Shown: piece after piece, positions 1-12,265 of the stretch
Numbering within the stretch: position 1 is the first letter of the stretch
How the letters are laid out: each line of letters opens with the position of its first letter
Assembly: GCF_009914755.1 (NCBI RefSeq)
Contig: NC_060939.1
Source: the human T2T-CHM13v2.0 reference genome, Homo sapiens
DNA length: 64,000 bases
Strand: one strand, 5' to 3'
Translations under genes and position numbers: made by a program
Notes under the pieces: model-generated
What the model saw: the letters and a program-made list of their open reading frames with translations, nothing else
What the model was told of the DNA's origin: nothing
Database searches by the model: none

Positions 1-14
1 GCGAGACTCTGTCA

Positions 15-55
<41 letters not shown>
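1..55 (+). mobile_element. 3' end and A40 tail of an Alu that starts before the window
   Basis: gcgagactctgtc followed by A at 16-55. Confidence 0.85.
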
Positions 56-57
<2 letters not shown>

Positions 58-730
58 TAGTTGGGCGGTGGTAGGCAGCTCCTTATTGCAGTTTCTTTTT
101 TTTTTTTTTGTATGCTACTCCCTGCTTCCAGAGGCTTCCTTTGCAATCCACTGCCTTTTCCCTAGTGGTCCTCCCATCCTGCTCCATTCCCCAGGCCACA
201 GTTAGGAAGTGCAAGGATGCATAAAAATGATCTTGGATGCTTTTTAAGAATGCAGATCCCTGGGATCCATGTTCCGTAGCTCCAGATTCTTAGGATGGAG
301 TGGGAATCTGTAGTACACATGAATGTCTCCAGTGATGCTGATGTAGATCTGAGGCCTGAGCTTGGCAAACAGTTGTCCTCCAGACCTTCCTTTTTGCAGC
401 CCCGTCGGAAACTATGTGTCCTGCGAACCATGCAAATGTGGTCACAGATAAGAGGCTTAAATTCATGTCCCTTCAGTATCATATTAGCACTTGATTATAC
501 AACAGGGTTGTATTATTGGAAAATAAATGAGGGATACTCCCTGCGTGAATGTCAATTTTGAAAATGGGGTCTGTGTAGAAAGGGGGCTGGCTGGAAGTCA
601 CGGTAGAGGGAATTCCTGAGTGGGTCATACCACATCAACGACTGCTCTAATTCCGGGTTCTGCTCTTCTTTATTAAATACACTTGAATTGAAGGCCACTA
701 CTCTCTGGGATTTTGAAATAATCATTTAGA

Positions 731-910
731 GCAGTGGTTCTCAAAGTATGGTCCCAGACCAACACAACACCAAGGAACTTGTTAAAAATGCAGATTCTCA
801 GCTTCCTACCCAGACTTGCTGAACTAGAAACTCTGGTGGTGGGACCCAGCAGTCTGTATCTTAATAAACCTTAAGGTGAGTCAGATGCATATTAAAGTTT
901 GAGAGTCACT
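731..910 (+). mobile_element. MER5A (hAT-Charlie)
   Basis: Terminal inverted repeats cagtggttctcaaa ... tttgagagtcact; internal aaatgcagattctc. Confidence 0.85.
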
Positions 911-916
911 AATTTT

Positions 917-1375
917 ATTTTTTTGTTGTTGTTTGTTTTTGTTTTTAGTTTTTTATTTCCATAGGTTATTGGGGAACAGGTGGTGTTTAGTTACATGAGT
1001 AAGTTATTTAGTGGTGATTTGTGAGATTTTGGTGCACTCATTACCTGAGCAGCATACACTGCACCCAATTTGTAGTCTTTTATCCCTCACCCCCTTCCTA
1101 CCCTTTCCACCTAAGTCCAAAGTCCATTGTGTCATTCTTATGCCTTTGAATCCTCATAGCTTAGCTCCCACTTACAAGTGAGAACATATGATGTTTGGTT
1201 TTCCACTCCTGAGTTACTTCACTTAGAATAATAGTCTCCAATTTCATCCAGGTTTCTTCATCCAGGTTGCTGTGAATGCCATTAATTCATTCCTTTTTCA
1301 TGGCTGAGTAGTATTCTGTCGTATATCACACAACTGTGATATTATATATTATATTATGGCTGAGTAGTATTCCAT

Positions 1376-1427
<52 letters not shown>

Positions 1428-1723
1428 AGTTTCTTTATCCACTCATTGATTGATGGGCATTTTGGTTGGTTCCACATTTTTGCAAGTGTGGATTGTGCTG
1501 TTATAAATATGCATGTGCAAGTATCTTTTTTGTATAGTGACTTCTTTTCCTCTGGGTAGATACCCAGTAGTGAGATTGCTGGATCAAATGGTAGTTCTAC
1601 TTTTAGTTCTTTAAGGAAATTCCACGCTATTTTCCATAGTGGTTGTACTAGTTGACATTCCCACCAGCAGTGTAGAAGTGTTCCCTGTTCACTGCATCCA
1701 CACCAACATCTATTATTTTTTTG
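917..1723 (-). mobile_element. 5'-truncated L1 3' end (L1PB-like)
   Basis: T-rich tail, L1 3'UTR, ORF2 C-terminal remnant ([15 protein letters not shown]...WNQPKCPSINEWIKK); TSD gagagtcactaatttt / gagaatcattaatttt. Confidence 0.9.
1379..1424. repeat. (AT)23 microsatellite
   Basis: Read directly from the sequence. Confidence 0.97.
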
Positions 1724-1949
1724 GAGAATCATTAATTTTGAAGAACAAAAGCATATTCTTGTAAGCAAATGTCTAATAACATGTGAATACATGTATATGT
1801 TTAGTTCTGTGTCTGTCCCCAAATGTGTTAAAATAATATATATAACGTGTGTGTATGTCTGTGTGTTTACACATGCACACACACACACGTTGGTCTGTGC
1901 ATAAATGTATCCTGGATATAGACAGAGGAACTCATTCTAGAAATTTTGA

Positions 1950-2340
<391 letters not shown>

Positions 2341-2579
2341 AATATATTTTCTTTTAAATATGTGTATATATTATTTTTATTTAAAAAATTTAATTTATTA
2401 ACCATAAAAGAAATTTTAAAAACTTAAAGAAAATACAGATACAGATTTATCTGATTTTGAGAGGGGAAAACATGCAAAGAAAATAATCACAAAAAAAGGA
2501 TAGATTCACATAGCAATATAAAACGTTTATGAATCAACACACCACCAATGCAAACAAGCACATGTAAAGAAAGTAACTA

Positions 2580-3345
2580 AAAAAATGGATAGTCCCCTGA
2601 TGAGGCTAATCAAGGAAAAAAAGAGGGATGTCACAAATGACTAACGAAGTAAAAAGAGGAACATCACTACATATCTTATAAATTAAAAAGACAAAAAGAG
2701 GATATTATACGTTTTTCTGGAAAATAATTTGAAATTTTAGACGAGATGCAAAAATTGCTTAAAAAAGTATAATTTACCCAAACTAATTTTAAAAAGTTAG
2801 AAAAATTGAAAAGTCCTGTGCTTACTGAGGAAATTGAATCCGTAATTTAAAAGGAAACTAAAGGCCAATGTACCTTCACTTGTGAATTATAGCAAACATT
2901 TAATAAATTAAAAATACCCCAATCTTACAAAAACTAAACAGCAGCAACAATAAAGCCAAAAATCTTCCTAGGAAGAGAAGAAAAGAAAATACTTCCCAAT
3001 TTGTTTTAGGAGGCCAGCATAATCTTGATATTAAAACCTGACAAAGATGTTACAAAAAAGATAATCATAGGCCAAATATCTCAAAAAAATGAGAAATCAT
3101 AAATAAAATATTAGTTACACAAAGGCTAATACATCACTATAAAATTGGGTTTATTTCAGGCATGCAAAATCTGCAACATTAAAAAAATCAATAAAAATAA
3201 TTCACCACATTAACAGAATAAAGGAGAAAAATCATATGACTGTCTCCATAGATGCAGAAAAAGCATTGATAAAATTTAACATCCCTTCATGATAAACTTA
3301 GTAAACTCGTTGTAGAAGGGAACCTCCTCAGTCTGATCAATAGAG
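2580..3345 (+). mobile_element. Old L1M ORF2 (reverse transcriptase region) fragment
   Basis: gaggccagcataatcttgata, tgggtttatttcaggcatgcaa, atagatgcagaaaaagcattgataaaat. Confidence 0.8.
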
Positions 3346-4249
3346 TCTACATTTTGAAAACTATCATCAAATATTAATTGACCACTAGATAACCCAATGC
3401 CAGAATCTGGATGAATTTTATAGTGATAAAGCTCACGAAGCTGATTTGGAAAACAATTCTTGTTCTATTGTGTGGTATGCCAACTGGAACAAAGATGGGA
3501 TGATCTACCTTTTCATCTGTCATTCAGAAATGGAAGATCTGTACCAAATGAAAAAATGGGCAGTCCTCCCTCTCCTGTGATGACATTTTCTCTTGAAGCA
3601 GCCAGTGTTGTGCCTGTCTCCCATCTGCACCTCTTTTTTCTGTATTCAGCAGAATAAAACACTTTCAAGAAACAACTGGGCAGGAAGTAAGGGAGGACTG
3701 AATTTCATCCTGGGAGGTTCGATTCCCACAAGTAAAGTGCTGTGGTGGAAGCAGTCGGGAAGCACTGGCGGCTCATGGGGACTGTCGTGCATTATGAACT
3801 CCATCTGTTCCCAGCATCCTCGAGTCATGCAGTGGGGCAGGCGAGATTCTGTTTCATTCCAGCATATGCCTGTTAGATGAAATGCTGCTGGAAATGAAAC
3901 CAGCTAAAAATTGTGTACACCAACTCATCATACATAGACATCAGACATGGACCTGAGAAGGTGACTCAGTCTACTCAAAGAGATCTGAAGTGACTCAAGC
4001 TACCCCACGTGAAGTGGGGCCAAAAAAGCACACATTCTATGTATGTATTACTAACATAAGATCTGGTCGGAGCTCACCTCATTCTAGGATGAGAAAACAG
4101 GGTTAAATGTTGAGTCTTACAGGGTTAAATATTGCTAAGTAAAAAGAAGAAAGCATTATTCTCAAGACTCAGAATAAGGACAGACCTCTAAAATATGGTT
4201 TACCATAAGATAAGGAGAAAGTTGGTTTGGTGTGCTCCTAGGATGCAGG

Positions 4250-5050
4250 AAGAAATGGCTCTATAAAATGGGTACATCTAATTTGCTCAAAATGATTTAA
4301 AGGAAAAAGAATGTGTACCAAAAATCAAAATGAGAGTGTAACTGAGATGAAACAGTGGCATCAAATGAAGAGGTACATGAGAGAAGAAAAGAGAACACAC
4401 AAAAACTAAAAATCCCACAGTTTGTTCATTTATTATTTATTTGGGAAACATTTATTGAATAATATTATGCGCTAAGCACATAAGTAGAAGTGGTAAGCAA
4501 CAGAGGTGAAAACTGAGACAGATGTAAAAGACAAATGAGAAGATTCTCAAAAATACAGGGAGAAAGACTGAGAGGTAGAAATGAGTGAAAATAGGATCAA
4601 CATGGAGGACAGAAATTAGAGGGCTAACCCAGCAATAATAAATGCTCCTAGAGAGTAAAAAACAAGGACAATTGCAATGCAAATCATGACCAAAGACAAA
4701 GAAATATGCCTAAGCTTAAAAAGTAAAAACAAATAAGTATGCTATCTGAGTGGAGCTAGTTTACTACATTCTAGGCAAAGTCAATGAAAAAAAGAACCAC
4801 CTTTGGTGATAACCTGAAATTTTTAAAAAATTAGCAATGATTTTTCAAAATGATTTTGAAAGCATTCAGGCAGGGGGAATAATTACCTACAAAGAAATAG
4901 CACCCAGGCTGGCCCCAAACCATTCGCATGTAAAACAAAATACCATATGAAAATGTAGCAAAACTGCTGAACTTTTGAGAGTTAATGGTTATAAATAAAT
5001 GCATACACAGCACAACTTTGTATAAAATGCAAAGATAATTTAAAATATGA
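4250..5050 (+). mobile_element. Highly diverged L1 ORF1/HAL1-like remnant
   Basis: A-rich, with ORF1-like segments such as attttgaaagcattcaggcag...attacctacaaagaaa. Confidence 0.45.
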
Positions 5051-6309
5051 GAGTTTGGAAAACATCTTGAAATGCCATAATAAATATTTCCACTTACTGA
5101 GGGCTTGGGATATAGTCAGTAGCATCCATCATCTCTTCCCAAGTTCTGAACCAATTGAGAAATAGTCAGAATTGGGCAGATGGGCCCAAATCCTCCCTTT
5201 ATAATCTGATAAAGCTCATATTGGAGAACGTGTCTTATATCTATGAAATATTGGATTTCCTAACTGAACCCTAGGACTAGAAAGCTATCTTCAGAAATGT
5301 CTCCCCTATGTGAGTGCCTGTCCTGGTAAACATTCAGCATGCAGGGCCGAGAAGAGCAATTGTTTCCTGAAGGCAGGCTTGGTTCAGAAACGATGGTGCA
5401 ATTCCAAACCTGTGTAGTTTTTTTTTAGCCCAACTTGCATCTCTGTTCCACTCCCACTGCTACCCAGGGAAGAGTTGGCGAGGGCATGGAAGAGGGACTG
5501 GGAGTGTTTCCCTGGTGCCATCAGGAAGAAGGAAGAAGCAGCCCCCTCTCCCTGTGACATCCACATACATCTCCCCTCTCTGCCTCTCCCTCCTCCCTAG
5601 TCGACCTCCCCAACCCAACCCCCGATAATGGACCTGACTGAGAAGAGAAAATGGAAAACTGAAGGTTGGGAGCGTTGTGATATAAAAGGTCTGACATTTA
5701 TGCTTTCCGTTAGAATTTGTACTAAGGAAAAAACCTGAAATAAAGATAAAATTTACATTATTCATTATAGCATTATATATTATTTTAAAACAACTATGTA
5801 CTATTTATAATGGCAAAAATATTGAAAACGACTTAAATGATCATATTTAGGAAATGAAAAAAATCATTCTGCTTTAATAGATGTTCTTAAAGGGATTCTA
5901 ACAATGTGGGGAAATGCAGGAATTTTAATGATATATTAAAGTACAGAAATTGTAGATAGGTTTCTCTCACGTGTCAGCTAGAATTGACTGAGAGGGCTTC
6001 TTTTTTTCCCAGATGGATTTTCAGGCCACATCTGGGCCTGAAAGAATGGAACAGGAATGAATGGTATGGACAGAAGCTTATGTGGGCTGTGGTTGTTTGG
6101 GGTGAAATGGGGATCAGGATAGGGAATTCTGCGATATCTGCCAAATATTCGCCATTTACCTTGTGGCATAATTTTAACTGTGTAAGAAGAAGAATGCAAA
6201 TTTTTAAAAGATGGGATAAGATATATCCAAATGTAAATAGGCGTGATCTCAGGGAGTCAGGAGCATGTATGTGTTTTCCTGCTTCATCCAAGTGTTGCTT
6301 TGAAAATCT

Positions 6310-6540
6310 AGAGCTGGGCTCCCGGAGATTGACCCTGCCACTTACTAGCTCATGGTGCTCAACCTCTGTGTGCCTCAGTTTCCTATTCCCAAAAAAACGA
6401 TGACAATAATTGCACCTACCTGATAAGTCAGTACTCGGGCAGATGAATCAAAATTAAATATTTTAAATATTAAAATATATAATGTGCTTAGGACAGTGCC
6501 CAGAAAACTCCATTCAAGTTTCAGCCATTATTATTAGTAG
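6310..6540 (+). mobile_element. MIR
   Basis: ctgccacttactagct, aacctctgtgtgcctcagtttcct, gtgcttaggacagtgccc. Confidence 0.75.
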
Positions 6541-6899
6541 TGGTAGTACAGTGAGCAAATACTATTTTAATAATGAGATAAAGGAAAACACAGGGACTAC
6601 AATGCACACATGAACAAAGGTGTGATAAAATGGTAAGTGACAAAAGCCTTGATATGTGATTTTATGTTTAATTTGAATGTAACTATTCAAAACTAGGTAG
6701 TTAAAACTATCCATGTGGAAGAATACTTGAATGCAATAGAAAAAAATGAAAGACTTGAGAGATGGAAATTACAGATTTTAAAACCATTTTCTTTTATGTT
6801 TTTATTATTTAAAAATATGCAGATTTTAAAAAATCCTCCCCCCCCCCCCACTCCATAGCATTACAAACAAATATCTTCTTCTATAGTAGATATCTATAA

Positions 6900-7532
6900 T
6901 TGTGTTTGCTCAGCATCTCTCTGCCCATGTTCTGGGAAGAACCACCTCCTTTATCTGGGCTTCATACTCCTTGTTAACCGTGGGGTTTGTACAAATGCTG
7001 TTATCGTCGATTGTCCCAAGGGTGGGTACGTGACACAAGTGGAGCCAATCTGAGCCTTTCCTCGGGGAATTTTGAAAGGATGGTGCAATTCCAAACCTGT
7101 CTGGTTTTTAGCCCAACTTGCTAGTCAGGTAAGAGAGAATATGATTCAGTATCTGTGGCTGGTGGTGGGAGCCATGGTTTGAGAGCATTAGCAGCCATGT
7201 AGAGTGAGTCTTTTCTAGAGAAAGGGTGATGCTGCACACAGAGAGAAGAAAAGATGAGTGAGCGTTTTAATATATATGTATATACACACGTATGTGTATG
7301 TGTATTTATGTATGTTTGTGTATATATATCCCTCTGTGTGTGGATACATAGATAGATTGATAGATAGATAACATTTATATACTTGGTCTCAATTATTCGA
7401 TCACTGCCTTTTGTGCAATTTCATTGTTTAACACTTATTTCATTTATGGAGAAATCTCAATATCATTCCAATAAGTTTCCCTTTTTGCCTAAGGTAGTTT
7501 GCGTTGGTTGCAACCAAGAACCATAACTAATT
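6900..7532 (+). mobile_element. Old ERVL-type LTR (LTR16/LTR33-like)
   Basis: gggtgggtacgtgacacaagtggagccaatc, ccaataagtttcccttttt, ttgcaaccaagaaccataactaat. Confidence 0.6.
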
Positions 7533-7689
7533 TATAATTATAGCTTCGTTAAAAAAATAGGGAGCAATCCAAAATGTATAATATTAGGTAATGGCTAAAT
7601 AAATTAAGGTAGATCATGATGGGAAACTATGCAGTCATTAAAATAATTCTTTCAAAGAGTATTTGAGAAATCATTCAGAATATTACTAA

Positions 7690-8245
7690 GTGAAAAAAAG
7701 AGACTACATGACACTGGCAGAGGGAGGGAAATTGGACAGTCCAGGAAGAAGGACTGTCCTCAGCATGTGCAGAGGTCTTGAGGTCAGATGAACATGGATT
7801 CTCAAGGTACTGACAGGAGGCCACTTTACTGAGAATGAAGAAAGCAAGAAGGAACATGGAACAAGGAGAAGATGGGAAGATAAGCACTGAGGGCCATTGC
7901 AAAGGGTCAAAGTTCTGTCTCAGAGGAACGAAAAGTCATGGAAGGGCTTTGAAGGAGAGGAGTAACATCAACAATTTACATTCTTAGCTTCTGTGAAGAT
8001 ACCATATTGGAGATGGGCAAAAGCAGAAGCAGGGGAAATGGTGAGGAGGCTATTGCTAGGGGAGCCATACAATTATACTCTAAACCTGGACAATTTTGAG
8101 AGTATAATGGGGACCTTTTATTATTACACCAGGACAACAGATTCAAACCAGGACTTCCCCAGGCAAACCAGGACAGATGGCCATCCCAGCTATTATGGAA
8201 GTAGCCCAGGCAAGAAGCAATATAGACTTGAACTAGGGTGGGAGA
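7690..8245 (-). mobile_element. L2 fragment interrupted by MER94
   Basis: Purine-rich L2 antisense signature (ggaagggctttgaaggagaggagtaacat; gaggaggctattgc...gtagcccaggcaaga). Confidence 0.65.
8057..8188 (+). mobile_element. MER94-like hAT-Blackjack MITE
   Basis: taggggagccata ... atggccatccca termini; 8-bp TSD gctattgc/gctattat. Confidence 0.75.
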
Positions 8246-8390
8246 TTGGGAAGAATTCTAGCTATGGATGGTTTAAGGTTGAATCTCAGTCCTTGATTGG
8301 CTTCATTTGGCATCGTCTTCTTTCGATGTTCATTCTTGTGTTCACTATGTTTGATAGGTAGCTTTTTCTGGTGATTTTAATATTTTTGGA

Positions 8391-8579
8391 TCAGCAAATC
8401 TTGAAATTTAACATGCATAAAAATAACCTGGCAGCCTTTTTAAAACAGATTCCTAGGCCTCACAACCTAGAGTTTATGATCCAGTAGGTCTGAAGCACAG
8501 CCTGGGAATGTGCATTTCCAGAAAGCTCCCAGGTGATGCTGGTGATGCTGGTTTGGGGACCACACTTTGAGAACCATTG
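8391..8579 (-). mobile_element. MER5A
   Basis: ctcccaggtgatgctg...ggggaccacactttgagaaccattg. Confidence 0.8.
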
Positions 8580-10714
8580 CTTTAGATATATGCTGATTGT
8601 GACACCTATGCAGGTTCTCTCTGCACGGGCTTAAGTCCTGTTTCTAATGTGTATGCTTTTGTGCCTGTCTTGCGAATTCTTTGTTTTTGTTATTTACATC
8701 CGTAATGTATTTCTGTTTCTTTAAATTCATGCATTCCAGAATTGCCTGATCCATTGAGTGGGGAACACTGCTCAGGGATCTAGCCACAAAAGCTATGCCC
8801 ATTCTTTTTATCTATTGTGCTTTGTTTTTAAATTACACGTTTAAAACTAAATTACAATTAGGTTTTTTTTACTTTAGAGCATTGCACCTCTAAATCATCT
8901 CTAACCCCCAATGTCCAGTACTCATTTTTAATCAGTCTGTAGTTTTTCTGTGCCAGCCAATTGCTGATTATGCTCACCTTTTGCTCTTTGTAGCAGTTCC
9001 TCAAAGCTGCACTTTTTCTTCAGCCTCAATCCCTGAGGTCTTGGACCCTCTCGTATCTCAGGAACCTCATCCTGACCTGCAAGGCTGCAAACCTAGTGAC
9101 CTCTTTGGTCCTATCTTCTTGCAGATCTCTGTGGGCCACTTAGCTACACTGTCCATCAGACACCACTGACTGCAGTAAATTGTCTGTTACATCTCTCCAG
9201 CCTGCTATCATTCTTCTCTTTGTCTCAAACTTCTTCTGGTCTCTGCTGACTTTGGGTCCCACAGAACCTCTGGATTCATCACTCATCAATCCCGCTAAGA
9301 CCACGTAAGAAGGCATTACTTGTAAGAACAGTGTTGTCAGGGAGACTTTAGCCTAGAAATAGCAGCCACTTTTCTCAACAGTCTTTTCCTGTTCCTGCTT
9401 TCAAAAATCTTTCCCCTTTTTCACAGCTTCAGGGTAAGAGACAAAACAGCTGTGCTTTATGTTTGAAAACTGCAACGCACATTCAAAATTCTACAATCCC
9501 AGCAGAAAGCCTGTTTTCAGCACTTTTTTTTGGAGAAGTAGGCAAAGCTTATTATTTTATTTTAATGTAACTTTGCATGTGTTTTAATTACACAAGCAAT
9601 ACATTTTTATTGTTGAAAATATGAAAGATATAGAAAGCAAAAATAGAAAAATAAACCATGGATGATCCGAAAGATAAAAATCACCCAGAGATAACCTATT
9701 CGGCACTTTCAAATTCTCCTAATTTGTATTTTTTTAGCAGAAAAAAACTTTCCTTCAAATAAAATCACACTGAGAGGCCCAATACATAAACAGATAAACC
9801 TGACTTGGATTGGAGGCAAGGGAGTGAGGTCCAGCTGCTCAGCTTGACCCTCACCATTCATAGCAGACCCCAGCTGCTCAACTTGACCCTCACCATTCAC
9901 CACAGACCCCTCTGCTGGATGTCAGCCTTCCCCAGGGCTATGTGAAACTGCACCTCTAGGTCATTTCAGCGCGAGACTTAAATACTGCAGATGTACTGCC
10001 AAAGGCATTTTAGGCTTGACACTCTGATTGCCTAGGGGTTGGAGCAGATGTTATTTTTGTATCGGTGGTCCTTTCCACTTCCACATATTCCATCTTGTCT
10101 TAGAGTTCATGTTGCCTCCAGTCTAAAGCACAGGTGATTAACCTGGGACTTGAACACTCCCCCCAAAATATATATCTATAGCTTTAATTAGTGTAGGGTT
10201 CATGTCAGTTTTTTTCTTGATAAATATTTTTGAAGATCTCAGCAATTTCTAGTTTAGCAATATAGTTGGAAACTTTGAATTTAAATAGTTAAATTGTTGA
10301 AAAATTAAATATTTAGAAACAAAAGTGAAAATAATTTGAGCAGATATTTTCCCCATTGCTTGTAAGCTTGACTTTGATGTGTCCATCATATTTTCCTTTA
10401 TAATTGATTGGTATTTTGCTCCTGCAACGCCCAACTTTAAATGGAAATGTCTTACATCTGATATTTTCACATGACTATTAGGAGAGAATCATATAACACA
10501 GAAAGCTAACTTTAGAAAAAAATTAATGATAATGGTATTCATTTCTTAGAAATATACTTTTTACCTCTGTTTTTAGAATGTCATGAGGCCATAAACATAT
10601 TACCGAAAAATTATGTTTTTAAAATTTTGGTAATTTCACCTATTTTAAATGCACTAGCAGGATTTCTTTCAAATGAAATCCTGTGATAAATGCATCCTTT
10701 AAAAAAGTGGTAGT

Positions 10715-11145
10715 GCCATTCACAATAGCAAAGCCATGGAACTAAGTGCCCATCAATGGTTGACCGGGTTAAAAAATGTGGTGTATATACACCATGGAAT
10801 ACTACATAGCCTTTAAAAAAAGGATGAAATCATCTTCTTTGCAGAAACATGGATAGAGCTGGAGGCCATTATCCTAAGTGAACTAACTCAGAAGCAGAAA
10901 ATTAAATATCACATTGTTCTCATTTATAACAATGGACATAAGAAGGAAATAATACACACTGGGGACTCCAAAAATGGGAAAGGAAGGAGAGGGAGAGGGT
11001 TGAAAGATTACCTACTGGATATATTGGATAAAACGTTCAATAGTTGGGTGACAGGTATACCAGAAGCCCAATGCCCACCATTCCACAATATACCCATGTA
11101 GCAAATATTCACTTGTACCCCCTGAATCTAACTTAAAAAAAAAAA
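10715..11145 (+). mobile_element. L1 3' end (L1PA15-16/L1PB-like)
   Basis: ttcacaatagcaaag, ctggaggccattatcctaagtgaa, taccccctgaatcta followed by an A tail. Confidence 0.85.
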
Positions 11146-12265
11146 GAATTATGAGAAAAAAAGGAGAGTGCTTTTGTATTGTTAACACTTGTGTAATGTG
11201 AATAGAGCTCTGTATCGTGTTGTTTTATAGGTTCCCATCTCATATTTGGAATTTCCAGAAAGTTGGGCTCATTGTGTATTGACTGTTCTATTCTGAATGC
11301 TAGTTCTATACAGGTCTCCTTGGACTGAGAGACACACAACTAGCCTAAATTCCTCTCACTTCTGAAACATTCCCTGCCCGAGTCCATAGCATACAGTTGG
11401 CTGTGTTGAAGCCTTTTAATGGTGGGGAAGCAGAGCTGGGCTGTGAATCCGCCCCACGTTGCTGATCTCCTTTCCCTGCTAAGGCATGTTCACTTCCTAA
11501 TGTTGTACAGAATAGTTTTCAGCCTCATTTATCCCTTATTTTGTGTCCATGATAAAATTTATAACAGAATTAAAAGGATAGATTGAGATATGTATGTGTA
11601 GATTTCCTAAATTTCCTGACTCTTCTTGGGGACCTCAGTTAGTTTCATTTAATATCCTTTTGTTTCTAATGATTATTCTTAATGTACCATTGTAGCACTA
11701 GGTGCTCTCCTGTTAGTGGCTATTTGGGAGAAGAGGCAGAATTCCATGGTTAAGAGTTTTAAAGAACAAAATTAAAGCCACAGGAAGCATCCATGTGGCT
11801 TTCTCTAGTGTGTCCAAAGCAGTTCTCTCTGCTCCCTGGAGCTGTGGTCCCCCCTAGTGGTTCCACAGTGATTTCTCCTCCTAGTGCCTTATTCAGTGGG
11901 GCTGCACTGCCTGCCAGCTGGTAGCTCCAGTTTGTCACAGCAAGTTCTGCATCTCTTTAAAATCAGTTGAATTCAGGGCTTTTTGTTCCATGTTGCTTGG
12001 CTTTAAATAAATTTAAAAAAAAAAAGGTCCATGAAGCATGGAAACAGTAGGTAATTAAAATTTTTCATTTTCCCTTGTTAGACGCCTGCTCTCTTCAGAT
12101 GAATCCTTTCCATGTTTTGGCTGATAGAACACAAGTGAGGTCAAATGTAGAGAGGCATGGATGAGTGCTTGTTCAGGACACAGCACCTTCAATGGCTGAC
12201 TCTCTGAGCAAACCTCTGTGTGTCTGCTCCAAAACTGTAATGCCAACAAGAGAACTAAGCAGTCC

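Noticed and set aside
9831-9909. CRISPR-like repeat
   Set aside because: Two adjacent copies with no spacers, in a primate genome with no cas genes.
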